DNA from: Chthoniobacteraceae bacterium
Lineage (GTDB): Bacteria; Verrucomicrobiota; Verrucomicrobiia; Chthoniobacterales; Chthoniobacteraceae
DNA: 64,000 nucleotides
NCBI GenBank assembly: GCA_037190965.1
Contig: JBBCKI010000070.1
Coordinates: forward strand, 21,375-85,374
Reading direction: 5' to 3'
The notes under the pieces were generated by a model that saw nothing but the letters and a program-made list of their open reading frames with translations, made no database searches and was not told the origin of the DNA. The stretch's first letter is position 1, and each line of letters starts with the position of its first letter. Positions 29,443 through 39,255 of this stretch are shown here, one piece after another. The position numbers and the translations under genes are program-made.

Positions 29443-31431
29443 ATGTGGCAACCTCTCAAAGATTTATCGCTCGGTATCGGTCTGATCGTCGCGGCCGCTT
29501 CCGCCCTACTGCTTTCAGATTTGTCCTCGCGGAAGAAAACGAGCCATCCCGCCAGCGGCCTAATTCCGGTGGCATTGATGCAGTTTGCCTCCAATCCGGT
29601 CTTCGATGAAACCTCGCAGGGGATCATCGACGGGCTGGCCGCCGGCGGTTTTCGCGACGGCGAAGCCATCCGCCTCCAACGCTTCAATGCCGAAGGAGAC
29701 ATCCCGACAACCAACCTGATTGCCAGCCGCATCAGCGACGGCTCATTCAAGCTCGTTGCCACCTCGGCCACCGTCTGCCTCCAGGCGGTGGCGAACGCCA
29801 ACCGGAGCGGCGGGGCCGCACACGTCTTCTGCGCAGTAAGCGATCCGATCGCCGCAGGGGTCGGCATCAAGGCGCTCGGTTCACCCGACAAACCGGCTCA
29901 CCTCACCGGCATCGGCTCCGCGCAGCCGGTGGAAGAGATTTTCCGGATTGCCAAAAAGGTAAACCCGGAGCTGAAGGTGGTCGGCGTCGTCTGGAATCCC
30001 TCCGAGGCGAACTCCGAGGTCTGCACCCGGCGCGCGCGGGCGATTTCCAAAGAGTTGGGCATCGAACTGATCGAAGCCCCCATCGAAGGAACGCGCGATG
30101 TGCGCGAGGCCGCCCAGGCCCTGGCCCACCGCGGAGCGCAAGCCTACTGGGCGGGCGGCGACGCCACGGTGATGAGCGCCATCGACACGCTGATCGCCGT
30201 GGCTCGCCAGAATCACGTGCCCGTGTTCTCGAATATTGGCGGCCATACCAAGCGGGGCGCGCTTTTCGATCTTGGAGCAAATTATTACCAAGTAGGATAC
30301 AAGGCGGGCGGGATCGCCGCCGAAGTGCTCGCGGGCAAGCCTGCCACCGGGATCACGGTGGAAGATTACATGCCGATGGAACTCGGCTTTAACCTTCAGG
30401 CGCTCGCCGGATTGCGGGATCCGTGGCAGCCCCCGGCCGAAGTCCTCAAGCAGGCCGTCACGGTCATCGCCGCCGACGGCACCGTGTCCAAAAAAGAAGG
30501 AGCAAGCCTCCCCTCCCCTGCCTCCCGGAAGAAACCGTTCAAAATCGCCGCCATCGCTTATTCCGACAACGTTCCCACCGAGGAAAGCATGGAAGGGTTC
30601 CGACGCGGGCTGAAGGAGGCCGGCTTTAAGGAAGGTGAAGATTGTGTCGTCAACTTCCGGTGCGCACAGGGCGATATGTCCTTGCTCCCCTCCTTGTTTG
30701 CGGCGGCGGATCTCGACAAGCCCGATCTTTATCTGACCCTCTCCACCCCGACTTTGCAGACCGCCGTCAAACGGGTGAAAACCACCCCGGTCGTCTTCAC
30801 GCTGGTGGCCGATGCCATCACGGCGGGTGCAGGGAAGAGCGACGAAGATCACCTCCCCAATGTCACCGGCATCTACATCATGAGCCGCTGCGCCGATATG
30901 GCGGAACTCCTCAAGACGTACTACCCCCAGTGGAAGCGGATTGGATCGCTGGTCGCTTCGGCAGAGGACAACTCGGTACAGGCGAACAAGCTTTTTGCCG
31001 AGGAGCTTGCCAAGCGGGGGATCACGCTCGTCAACGTATCGGTCAACCAATCCGGCGAGATGACCGAAGCTGCCACGGCCCTTTGCCGAAAAGAGATCGA
31101 CGCGGTGGTACAAGTCCCGTGCAATCTTGTCTCCAGCGGGTTCGTCGCCGTCACCGAAGCCTGCCGCCGCTCGCGGATGCCGCTCTTCGGGTTCATTCAG
31201 GACGCCGCCCGCAAGGGAGCCGCGTTGGTGCTCTCGCGGGATTATGCCGACTCGGCGGAGGATGCGGCAAAGATCGCCGTCCGCATTCTGCGCGATGGCG
31301 AAGACCCGGCAAAGATTCCGCTGGCCGCACCCCACAAGACCGTCCTGATGATCAACGCCTCCGCCGCCCGCACCATGGGCATTGTCATCCCGCCGGATTT
31401 GTTGCAGAAAGCCGACGTCGTCCTCCCATAG
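29443..31431 (+). CDS. ABC substrate-binding protein with two tandem ABC_sub_bind-type domains
   Basis: Two homologous halves (NAEGD..VFCAVSDP..HLTG / CAQGD..VFTLVADA..NVTG); N-terminal hydrophobic anchor. Confidence 0.82.
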   Translation: MWQPLKDLSLGIGLIVAAASALLLSDLSSRKKTSHPASGLIPVALMQFASNPVFDETSQGIIDGLAAGGFRDGEAIRLQRFNAEGDIPTTNLIASRISDGSFKLVATSATVCLQAVANANRSGGAAHVFCAVSDPIAAGVGIKALGSPDKPAHLTGIGSAQPVEEIFRIAKKVNPELKVVGVVWNPSEANSEVCTRRARAISKELGIELIEAPIEGTRDVREAAQALAHRGAQAYWAGGDATVMSAIDTLIAVARQNHVPVFSNIGGHTKRGALFDLGANYYQVGYKAGGIAAEVLAGKPATGITVEDYMPMELGFNLQALAGLRDPWQPPAEVLKQAVTVIAADGTVSKKEGASLPSPASRKKPFKIAAIAYSDNVPTEESMEGFRRGLKEAGFKEGEDCVVNFRCAQGDMSLLPSLFAAADLDKPDLYLTLSTPTLQTAVKRVKTTPVVFTLVADAITAGAGKSDEDHLPNVTGIYIMSRCADMAELLKTYYPQWKRIGSLVASAEDNSVQANKLFAEELAKRGITLVNVSVNQSGEMTEAATALCRKEIDAVVQVPCNLVSSGFVAVTEACRRSRMPLFGFIQDAARKGAALVLSRDYADSAEDAAKIAVRILRDGEDPAKIPLAAPHKTVLMINASAARTMGIVIPPDLLQKADVVLP

Positions 31432-31448
31432 CATTTCAAGACTCTCCA

Positions 31449-32660
31449 ATGGAAATCACGCGCCACCCCGACGGAGAAGCCCTCCTCCTCAAACTGCAAG
31501 GCCGGCTCGACGGAGCCTGGAGCGAGCATACCGGCGCGGCCCTGACGCGCGCCATTGAGGAAGGGTGGCACCAGCTTCGCCTCGACTTGAGCGGCGTGAC
31601 TTTCGTGAGCTCGGCGGGGATCCGTGTCCTGGTGATCCATTACAAACAGCTCGCCCGCATTCAAGGATTACTCACCGTGGTCAATCCCTCGCCGGAAGCG
31701 CGCGGGATCCTGGAGATGGCGGGGCTGGGGACGCTGATTACCGTTCTGGAAGAGGAAGCGGTCCGGGATGAATCGATCCCCTCGGATGAGGGCCCGCTCC
31801 TGATCGAACGCGACGGCTTGCGGTGCGAAGTCCATACGCTCAATTCGCGCGGCATCCTTTGCGCCCGTGTGCTCGGCAAAGGAGCGCTCGCCCGGTTCCC
31901 GGCCCATACGCTGGGGCTGGGTCTCGGGGCGGTAGGCAATGGATGGAACGATTGCGAAGGCCGGTTCGGCGAATTCCTCGCCCTCGGCGGAGCCGCCCTC
32001 ACCCAACCCGCCGACGGAAAGCAAAGCACCGACTTCGTGCTCGAACAGGGTGCGCTGGTCCCGGAAATCACGGCGATTTCCGGCCTTGCCGCCGAGGGAA
32101 ACTACGCTTCGCTGGTTCGCTTCGACGCCACGGGCGTGCAGCACGAAACCCAGCACCAGGCCGTGCCGCTCTCCACCCTTGTGGAGATCGCGCTGGAACT
32201 GGCGGGCAACCGGCCTGTCGGCTTCGCGCTGGCAGCTGAGACGGAGGCCCTGGTGGGAGCGGCGCTTTGCTCGCAGCCCGATTCGGAAGGACGCATTTCG
32301 TTCGAGTTCCCCGAAGTCCGTGACCGCCTTCTCTTCACCGCCGAGCCCGCCTGGCCGCGCAGCTTTTGCCTCGCCACCGGTTTCGCCGCGCCTTCGGGGG
32401 ACACGCCGCTCGCCGCGCTCCTGCGGCCTTCGCGCCCCCCCGGAGAGGGAACCGGCCCGCAGGTGCATGTCCACGCAGCCGCGTTTGCCTATCGGCCCTT
32501 GACCAAGGGGCTCCTCGATCTCAACGCCACCGTCCGGCAATTGCTGGAAGAGGAACGGGCTCTGGGGCTCCTGCATCTCCTCAACGACTGGAGACCCGGA
32601 GGCCTTGGCGAAAGCCGCTTCTTCCGAGGCGCGCTCTGGATGGCCCCACTCGAAATCTGA
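31449..32660 (+). CDS. STAS (anti-anti-sigma-like) domain protein with large unknown C-terminal domain
   Basis: GRLD...LDLSGVTFVSSAGIRVL...ILEMAGL STAS signature, then ~290 aa unrecognised. Confidence 0.82.
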   Translation: MEITRHPDGEALLLKLQGRLDGAWSEHTGAALTRAIEEGWHQLRLDLSGVTFVSSAGIRVLVIHYKQLARIQGLLTVVNPSPEARGILEMAGLGTLITVLEEEAVRDESIPSDEGPLLIERDGLRCEVHTLNSRGILCARVLGKGALARFPAHTLGLGLGAVGNGWNDCEGRFGEFLALGGAALTQPADGKQSTDFVLEQGALVPEITAISGLAAEGNYASLVRFDATGVQHETQHQAVPLSTLVEIALELAGNRPVGFALAAETEALVGAALCSQPDSEGRISFEFPEVRDRLLFTAEPAWPRSFCLATGFAAPSGDTPLAALLRPSRPPGEGTGPQVHVHAAAFAYRPLTKGLLDLNATVRQLLEEERALGLLHLLNDWRPGGLGESRFFRGALWMAPLEI

Positions 32661-32679
32661 CGCCGATATTACTCAAGCC

Positions 32680-33627
32680 ATGACCCTGCTCATCGGTTCC
32701 CTTTGCCTCGGATTCATCCTCGCGCTTCTCGCGCTGGGCATCTTCATCTCGTTCCGTCTTTTCGGCATCCCCGATATTACGGTGGACGGTTCAATCACCC
32801 TCGGCGGCGCGGTGACCGCCGTCTTGCTGATCCAAGGATTCGACCCGTTTACCGCGACCCTCGCGGGAGGTCTGGCGGGATTCGTGGCGGGAGGGGTGAC
32901 CGGCATCCTACAGACCCGCTGCGGCATTAACCCGCTGCTGGCGGGCATCCTCGTCATGACCGGTCTCTATTCGGTCAACCTCCACGTCATGGGGCGCAGC
33001 AACATTCCGCTCCTTGGGGCGAAGACCTTCGGCGATCATTGCCACGCGCTGGGTCTCCTGCTTTTTGGCCGGGAGGAGTTTGAGCTGGCGGGATGGCTGG
33101 TGGAATCCCGCGAAGTCGCGACATTGGTCGCCCTAGGGGTGGTCACAACGTTGACGGGGCTGCTCCTCTACCTCTTTTTCCGCACCAGCGTCGGCACGGC
33201 CATGAGAGCCAGCGGCGACAATGAGCAGATGACCCGCGCCATGGGGGTTAACGTGGAGAACTACCGGATCATCGGCCTCGCGCTTTCCAACGGGCTCGTC
33301 GGGCTCTCGGGTGCGTTCCTCGCCCAATACCAGGGGTTCGCGGACGCGCAGATGGGCATCGGCATGGTTGTCGTCGGGCTGGCAAGCGTCATCATCGGCG
33401 AAGCGCTGACCGGCTCGCGGGGCCTGGGGCTGGCACTGGCGGGAACCGTTATCGGCTCCATCCTCTTCCGCGAGCTGATCGCCATTGCACTGCGTTGGGG
33501 ACTGAATCCGAACGATCTCAAGCTCGTCACCGCCGGGTTCGTCTTTGCAGCACTTGTGCTCCCCGGGGTGCTTCGCCACGTTGCCCGCCGCAAAGTCCAG
33601 GCCCAACCCCGCACCGCCCCCCTCTAA
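32680..33627 (+). CDS. ABC permease (putative aromatic amino-acid/TrpY-like type)
   Basis: PDITVDGSITLGGA, LLAGILVMTGLYSVNL, MGIGMVVVGLASVIIGE. Confidence 0.88.
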   Translation: MTLLIGSLCLGFILALLALGIFISFRLFGIPDITVDGSITLGGAVTAVLLIQGFDPFTATLAGGLAGFVAGGVTGILQTRCGINPLLAGILVMTGLYSVNLHVMGRSNIPLLGAKTFGDHCHALGLLLFGREEFELAGWLVESREVATLVALGVVTTLTGLLLYLFFRTSVGTAMRASGDNEQMTRAMGVNVENYRIIGLALSNGLVGLSGAFLAQYQGFADAQMGIGMVVVGLASVIIGEALTGSRGLGLALAGTVIGSILFRELIAIALRWGLNPNDLKLVTAGFVFAALVLPGVLRHVARRKVQAQPRTAPL

Positions 33628-33631
33628 CGCC

Positions 33632-34444
33632 ATGCTGAAGCTGCAAGCCCTCCGCAAAACCTTCAACCCCGGCACGGTCAACGAAGTCCGCGCCCTGCGC
33701 GGGGTGACGCTGGAGATCGCCCCGGGCTCCTTCGTCATCGTGCTGGGCGGCAACGGCTCGGGGAAGTCGACCCTGCTCAACGCCGTCGCCGGATCGTTCC
33801 AGGTGGACGAAGGGAAAATCGAACTGGCCGGGCGCGACGTGACCCGCTGGCCCGAACATCGGCGGGCGAAGCACATTGGCCGCGTGTTCCAGAACCCGTT
33901 CAGCGGCACCGCTCCGGGAATGTCGATCCTGGAGAATTTCGCGCTCGCCGCCTCGCGCGGCAAGTTTCGCGGATTCGGCTGGGCGCTCGGCAAATCGCTT
34001 CGCTCGGAACTGCGCGCGCGGGTGGCGGAATTGAAGATGGGGCTCGAAGACCGACTCGACAACGCCATCGGCAGCCTCTCGGGCGGACAACGCCAGGCGC
34101 TCACGCTCCTCATGGCGACGTGGATCAAGCCCGACCTGCTGTTGCTCGACGAGCACACCGCCGCGCTCGACCCGAAGAGTGCGGACCAAGTCATCCAACT
34201 CACCCAGGCCGTGGTCTCCCGCGATAACCTGACCACGCTGATGGTCACCCACGCCATGTCCCAGGCGGTGCAACTCGGCGACCGCATTGTAATGATGCAC
34301 CAGGGGAACGTCCTCCATGACTTTACCGGCGCGGATAAGAAGCGCCTGGCCATCGTCGATCTGCTCCAGCGCTTCGACGATGTCCGCCGCCGCGAACTGC
34401 TCGACGCCTCCGCCGCGCGGCTCCTGAGCGAGCAGTATGTGTAA
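33632..34444 (+). CDS. ABC ATPase
   Basis: GGNGSGKST, LSGGQRQ, LLLLDEHTAALDP. Confidence 0.93.
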   Translation: MLKLQALRKTFNPGTVNEVRALRGVTLEIAPGSFVIVLGGNGSGKSTLLNAVAGSFQVDEGKIELAGRDVTRWPEHRRAKHIGRVFQNPFSGTAPGMSILENFALAASRGKFRGFGWALGKSLRSELRARVAELKMGLEDRLDNAIGSLSGGQRQALTLLMATWIKPDLLLLDEHTAALDPKSADQVIQLTQAVVSRDNLTTLMVTHAMSQAVQLGDRIVMMHQGNVLHDFTGADKKRLAIVDLLQRFDDVRRRELLDASAARLLSEQYV

Positions 34445-34479
34445 AGGATGGACGGTCGCGCCGGTGACCGCCGCTTTTA

Positions 34480-35871
34480 TTACCGCTCCGCTTTTTGAAC
34501 CGGCGGGATTTTCCATGATCCGTCGAGCACGGCTTCCTTCGGCCAGTAAAGCCGCATCATCAGGTTGAAGGGACCCGCGGGCGCGGGAAGCCAGTTTGAT
34601 TCCTTTTCCTTGCCTGGCGATTCATGCTGGATGAGGAGGTCGACCGAGCCATCGTCGTTGGCTTTTAGCGAATTGCGCGGGCTCAGGGAATACCGATTGA
34701 GCGGGTTGGGCACGAAAAAGAAATCGCTGTTGTACATCGTCAGCGACCAGAAACCGTTGACCGGAGGCATCTGGCCTTTTGGAAACCTCAGAAGGTAACG
34801 GTTTCTTCCATCCAGCGGTTTGCCTGCGTCGTCCACGTCCGCCTGGGGGTAGACGGCGTCCTGCGGAAGATTAGCCCCCAGCCCGACCAAGGTGACAAAG
34901 GCCCTCTGAAGATAGTCGGTGCCGTAAACCCCCGTTTTAAGACTATACCGCCAGCCGTTGACCTCAGTGCCCGCCTTCTTGGCGTGGTCGCGGATTTTCT
35001 CCAGCGCCGCTTTGGGGACGTCTTGGAGCGCCTCAACGACGGCTGGGTCGAGCTTCGCAGGGGCGAACGCCTCTCCGGGCACAACGCCGATCCTCGCCAT
35101 TTGGGCGACCATCGGAGCATCGGCGGGCAGGGGCGGGTTCTCCTTCAATAGCTCCGCAAAGAGCGCGAAGAAATCCTCGGCTTTAAGCGCGTTCACCTGT
35201 TCCCTGACGGGCGTTTTCATGTCGATGGCCGGATCCACTTTGCCGGGCGGCGGCGTGTGCGGCTTTCCATAGGCGCTCAACGGCACGAGCGAACATTGCT
35301 CCTGCAAGGCATGAACCTCCGCGTAATCCTCCGGGGTGCCCGTGGAATAAATCCGGCCCAAAACCCAGGCGATGCGGCTGGGACAGCGGACTTCGTGAAT
35401 TCCTTCCGGCAAGGTGCCGCGCCATCCCGGCCCAACGATGGCGATCCTTTGGGCATCGGTGCCCGTCGTGCGTTTGCCCGGGTCGGCAAAAACCGACGTC
35501 CACGCGTCGAGCATCGGCATGAGAAAATATCGCCCCTTCATATCGGGGAGACTCAGAACGTACGGCTCCTTCGCCAGGTCCAGCCACGCCGTTGAATAGA
35601 GCGTATCCGCATTGGGGGCGGTTACATCACGGAAGGAGGCATCCGGATAGGTGCGCGCGTGATAGAATTGACCCATCGGGGCATGCTGGTTCTCCGGGGC
35701 AGCGGTGTTGGTCATTACCCGGCGCGTCATCTCCATCGTTACCAACGGGTAACCGTAGATGTACGTTTCGACGCCGATCTCCCTCGCCTCCCCCTCGCTG
35801 AGCGGCTCCGCGCCGCCTCCCCGGGGCGATGCCGCCAGAACCAGAGCCGCCATAACCGTGAAAAGTTTCAT
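34480..35871 (-). CDS. DUF1254/DUF1214 exported protein
   Basis: YIYGYPLV, PNADTLYS, PPVNGFWSLTMY, SNWLPAP, MRLYWP. Confidence 0.9.
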   Translation of the reverse strand: MKLFTVMAALVLAASPRGGGAEPLSEGEAREIGVETYIYGYPLVTMEMTRRVMTNTAAPENQHAPMGQFYHARTYPDASFRDVTAPNADTLYSTAWLDLAKEPYVLSLPDMKGRYFLMPMLDAWTSVFADPGKRTTGTDAQRIAIVGPGWRGTLPEGIHEVRCPSRIAWVLGRIYSTGTPEDYAEVHALQEQCSLVPLSAYGKPHTPPPGKVDPAIDMKTPVREQVNALKAEDFFALFAELLKENPPLPADAPMVAQMARIGVVPGEAFAPAKLDPAVVEALQDVPKAALEKIRDHAKKAGTEVNGWRYSLKTGVYGTDYLQRAFVTLVGLGANLPQDAVYPQADVDDAGKPLDGRNRYLLRFPKGQMPPVNGFWSLTMYNSDFFFVPNPLNRYSLSPRNSLKANDDGSVDLLIQHESPGKEKESNWLPAPAGPFNLMMRLYWPKEAVLDGSWKIPPVQKAER

Positions 35872-36012
35872 AGGTGTTCCTGATTCGCTTTCCCAATAAG
35901 CGTCGGTTTGCTTTTTCCCGCCAGAGCGCCAGAAGAAGCCTTCAACGGCGCGATCGAGATCGCTCCCGGAAACGAAGGCCGAGCGCGGCGCTTCTCACAT
36001 TCTACCGGAGAC

Positions 36013-39000
36013 CTACTTCAAAACACTCGCTTCCTTCTTCCCTCCGTCAATCGCCGCCACCGGCGTTGCGTCGTGATGGATGATATCGACGTGCTTTGCC
36101 CGATGCGTGCGGAAGAATGAGTAGCGATCGAGGACGTTTTCCTGGAACGCCTCGAAGTAGAGGAAGAGCGCGGGGGTGACGTAGAGAGTCACCAGTTGGG
36201 AGACGATCAGCCCGCCGACGATGATGAGCCCAAGCGGCTGGCGCGAACTGCCATCCGCGCCGAACCCGAGCGCGAGCGGGACCGCCCCCATCAGCGCGGC
36301 AAACGTCGTCATCATGATCGGGCGAAAACGTTCCAGGCTCGCCTCATGCACCGCGGCCTTGCGATCGAGCCCTTCGGCCATTCGCTGGAGAGCGAAATCG
36401 ACGATCATGATCCCGTTCTTCTTCACGATGCCTATGAGGAGGAACATCCCGACAAAGGCATAGAGCGAGGCTTCCTGATTGAAGAGGAGCAGCGTGGCAA
36501 GCCCGCCGACGGTGGCGACCGGCAACGCGGTGAGCACGGTGATCGGGTGAATGTAGCTCTCGTAAAGAATGCCGAGGATGATGTACATCGCGAACACGGC
36601 GAAGATCATGAGCACGGTGAGACTGGTGATCGTCTCCTTGAAGACCTGCGCCTCGCCCTGGAGGTTCCCCCGGATATTCGGCGGCAGCACTTCGGCGGCG
36701 GTCTTCTCGATGAACTTTGCGGCGTCGCCGATGACCGCGCCCGGCGCAAGGTTGAAGGAGATCGTAACCGCCGGGAACTGGTTGATGTGGTTGATCGATT
36801 GCGGCCCGACGGTTTCCTTCCAACGCGCCACGGCCTTGACGGGAACCAGCGTGCCTTCGTCCGATTTTACGAACAGCCGCTCCAGCTTCTCGGGCTCCGT
36901 GCGCAGCTTGTCGCTGGCTTCCAGAATGACCTGATACTGGTCGTTCGATTTTTTGATGAGGTAGACAAAATTCTGTGCATAAGCGCTCCGCAGCGCATTG
37001 AGGACGGCCTGCACGGAAACGCCATAGGAGGCGGCCTGCTCCCGGAGAATGTCGATCTCCAGGTTGGGCGTTCTCGTCTGCATATCCGAGTTGACGAAAA
37101 GAAACCCGGGATAGGGCCGAAGCTTTTCCATCAAGGCCTCGGCGGCGGCCCCCACCTCCTGGGGGTCGATCCCGCTGACGGCGTAGGAGAATTTGCCCTG
37201 GTTATTGGAGGCCGCACCGGTGCTGATCTGCAAAACCGGGGAGGCCTGCAGGAACGGTCTGATCCCCGGGATCTTCGACATCTCGGCGGAAAGCTCCGCC
37301 ATCACTTTGTCGATGGAGGGGCGCCCGGAGGCAGGCTTCAAAAACGCGAGCACCCGCGCCTGCGAGGCGGCCATGCGGCCCGAGTTCCCCGAGATCGTCA
37401 TGCTCAAATCGACATGAGGGTTCGCTTCCAGCACATGATCCACCTGGGTCTGAAATGCCGCCATTCGTTCCGGGGAGGTCCCCTCCTGTACCATGAAGAT
37501 GCCGCGAATGAATCCGCTGTCCCCTGTTGGCAGGAACGACTTGGGGGCGGCCTGGAAAAGAACCACCGTGCCCACCATGCAGACGACCCACGCCAGCGCG
37601 GAGATCCATTTGTGCTCCAGAAAGAAATCGAGCGACTTGCCGTAGCTCCCTACGATCCGGGAGAACACCCCGTGGACTTTTTGCTCCAGCCAGGTTTTTT
37701 TGCCGGTCTCGTGGCGGGTCAACATTCGCGCGCACATGAGCGGCGTCAGTGTCAGGGAGACAATCCCGGAGGCCATGATGGCGATGATGATGGTGAGCGC
37801 GAAGGACTGGAAGGTCCGCCCGATCAACCCGGGCATGAAGACCAGCGGCAGGAAGACCGCCGCCAGGGAGAGTGTCATCGAGACAATGGTGAAGCTGATC
37901 TCCTTGGCCCCGTTGAAGGTGGCTTCCAGGGCGGTTTCGCCCGCCTCCATCCGGCGCACGGCGTTCTCAAGAAACACGATGGCGTCATCGACCAGAAAGC
38001 CGATGGAGAGCGTCAACGCCAGCAGCGTCAGGTTGTCGAGGCTGTAGCCAAGGAGGTACATCGCCACGAAGGTGATGAGCATCGACATAGGCAGCGCCAC
38101 GACGGGGATCAACGTATCGGTCGCGCGCCCGAGAAAAACGAAAATCACCAGCACCACCAGCGCGAAGGCGATCACCAGCGTTTCCTTCACCTCGTTGACC
38201 GAATTGACGATGGTGACGGAGCGGTCGAACATCGGGATCAGCTTGACCGAGCCGGGCAACTCGCGCTCGAAAACGGGGAGAAGGTCTTTGACCAACTGGG
38301 CCGTGGCCACGGCGTTGGCCCCGGCCTGCCGGGAAACGGCGAGAACGATGTTAGCGGCCGGAGCCTCCATCCCGCGCGCCCAGACATGGCGCTCCATCCG
38401 TTCGTTCTGCGTGGAGTCGATCACCTCCGCCACGTCGCGCAGATAAATCAGCGCGCCGCCCTTGCGGCCCACGACCAGGTCGCGATACCCCTCGGAGCTG
38501 TCGATCTGCCCCTGCGGCTGAAGCAGGAAGGTGCGATTCGCCCCATCGAACTGCCCCGCCCCCTGCGTGCTCGTCCCCGCGCGGATCGCGGCGGCGAGAT
38601 CCTCGATCGTCATGTCGCGCGCGGCAAGCTTGGCCGGATCGGCCTTGACCCGCACGGCCCCCTTGGTTCCGAAAATATCGACCTTCGAGACGCCCTCCAG
38701 GATGCTGATGCGCTGCGCCACCTCGGTGCTCGCGAAATCGTAGAGCTGCCCCTCCGTCAACGATTCGCTGGTCAACGCGAGGAACATGATCGGCTGATCG
38801 TTCGGGTTGAACTTCGTGAAGGTGGGAGGAGAGGGAAGATCGAGCGGCAGGCTGCCGTTGGCCTGGTTAATGGCCGCCTGCACATCGGTCGCCGCGGCGT
38901 CCACGCTCTTGTTCAAGCCGAACTGCAGCGTGAAGTTGGCGCTCCCCTGCGCGCTCTGCGAGGTCACCAGTTCCAACCCGGGGATCTGCATGAACTGCCG

Positions 39001-39207
39001 CTCCAACGGCGTCGCGACATTGCTCGCCATTGTCTCCGGACTTGCACCGGGGTAGCTCACCATCACGTTGATGACGGGAAAGTCGACTGCCGGGAGATCG
39101 TTCACCGGGAGCCGCTGGTAGCTCATGAACCCGAAGACGATGAACGTCACCGTGAGCAGCATCGTCATGACGGGCCGCTTGATGAAGGGATCGGAGAAGG
39201 TGGACAT
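36013..39207 (-). CDS. RND efflux permease (MdtB/C-like)
   Basis: FIKRPV, GFLVDDAIV, GIVKKNGIMIVDFA, RFRPIMMTT. Confidence 0.95.
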   Translation of the reverse strand: MSTFSDPFIKRPVMTMLLTVTFIVFGFMSYQRLPVNDLPAVDFPVINVMVSYPGASPETMASNVATPLERQFMQIPGLELVTSQSAQGSANFTLQFGLNKSVDAAATDVQAAINQANGSLPLDLPSPPTFTKFNPNDQPIMFLALTSESLTEGQLYDFASTEVAQRISILEGVSKVDIFGTKGAVRVKADPAKLAARDMTIEDLAAAIRAGTSTQGAGQFDGANRTFLLQPQGQIDSSEGYRDLVVGRKGGALIYLRDVAEVIDSTQNERMERHVWARGMEAPAANIVLAVSRQAGANAVATAQLVKDLLPVFERELPGSVKLIPMFDRSVTIVNSVNEVKETLVIAFALVVLVIFVFLGRATDTLIPVVALPMSMLITFVAMYLLGYSLDNLTLLALTLSIGFLVDDAIVFLENAVRRMEAGETALEATFNGAKEISFTIVSMTLSLAAVFLPLVFMPGLIGRTFQSFALTIIIAIMASGIVSLTLTPLMCARMLTRHETGKKTWLEQKVHGVFSRIVGSYGKSLDFFLEHKWISALAWVVCMVGTVVLFQAAPKSFLPTGDSGFIRGIFMVQEGTSPERMAAFQTQVDHVLEANPHVDLSMTISGNSGRMAASQARVLAFLKPASGRPSIDKVMAELSAEMSKIPGIRPFLQASPVLQISTGAASNNQGKFSYAVSGIDPQEVGAAAEALMEKLRPYPGFLFVNSDMQTRTPNLEIDILREQAASYGVSVQAVLNALRSAYAQNFVYLIKKSNDQYQVILEASDKLRTEPEKLERLFVKSDEGTLVPVKAVARWKETVGPQSINHINQFPAVTISFNLAPGAVIGDAAKFIEKTAAEVLPPNIRGNLQGEAQVFKETITSLTVLMIFAVFAMYIILGILYESYIHPITVLTALPVATVGGLATLLLFNQEASLYAFVGMFLLIGIVKKNGIMIVDFALQRMAEGLDRKAAVHEASLERFRPIMMTTFAALMGAVPLALGFGADGSSRQPLGLIIVGGLIVSQLVTLYVTPALFLYFEAFQENVLDRYSFFRTHRAKHVDIIHHDATPVAAIDGGKKEASVLK

Positions 39208-39255
39208 TGGAGGTAGGCGTCTGGGCGATTAAAGCGTTTTTGAGTTCAAACCGCT

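Noticed and set aside
30642..31448. Long N-terminal extension on the STAS protein
   Set aside because: Out-of-frame overlap with the SBP gene; the ATG at 31449 follows the SBP stop.
36196..39216. 1006-aa plus-strand ORF
   Set aside because: Antisense shadow of the RND permease.
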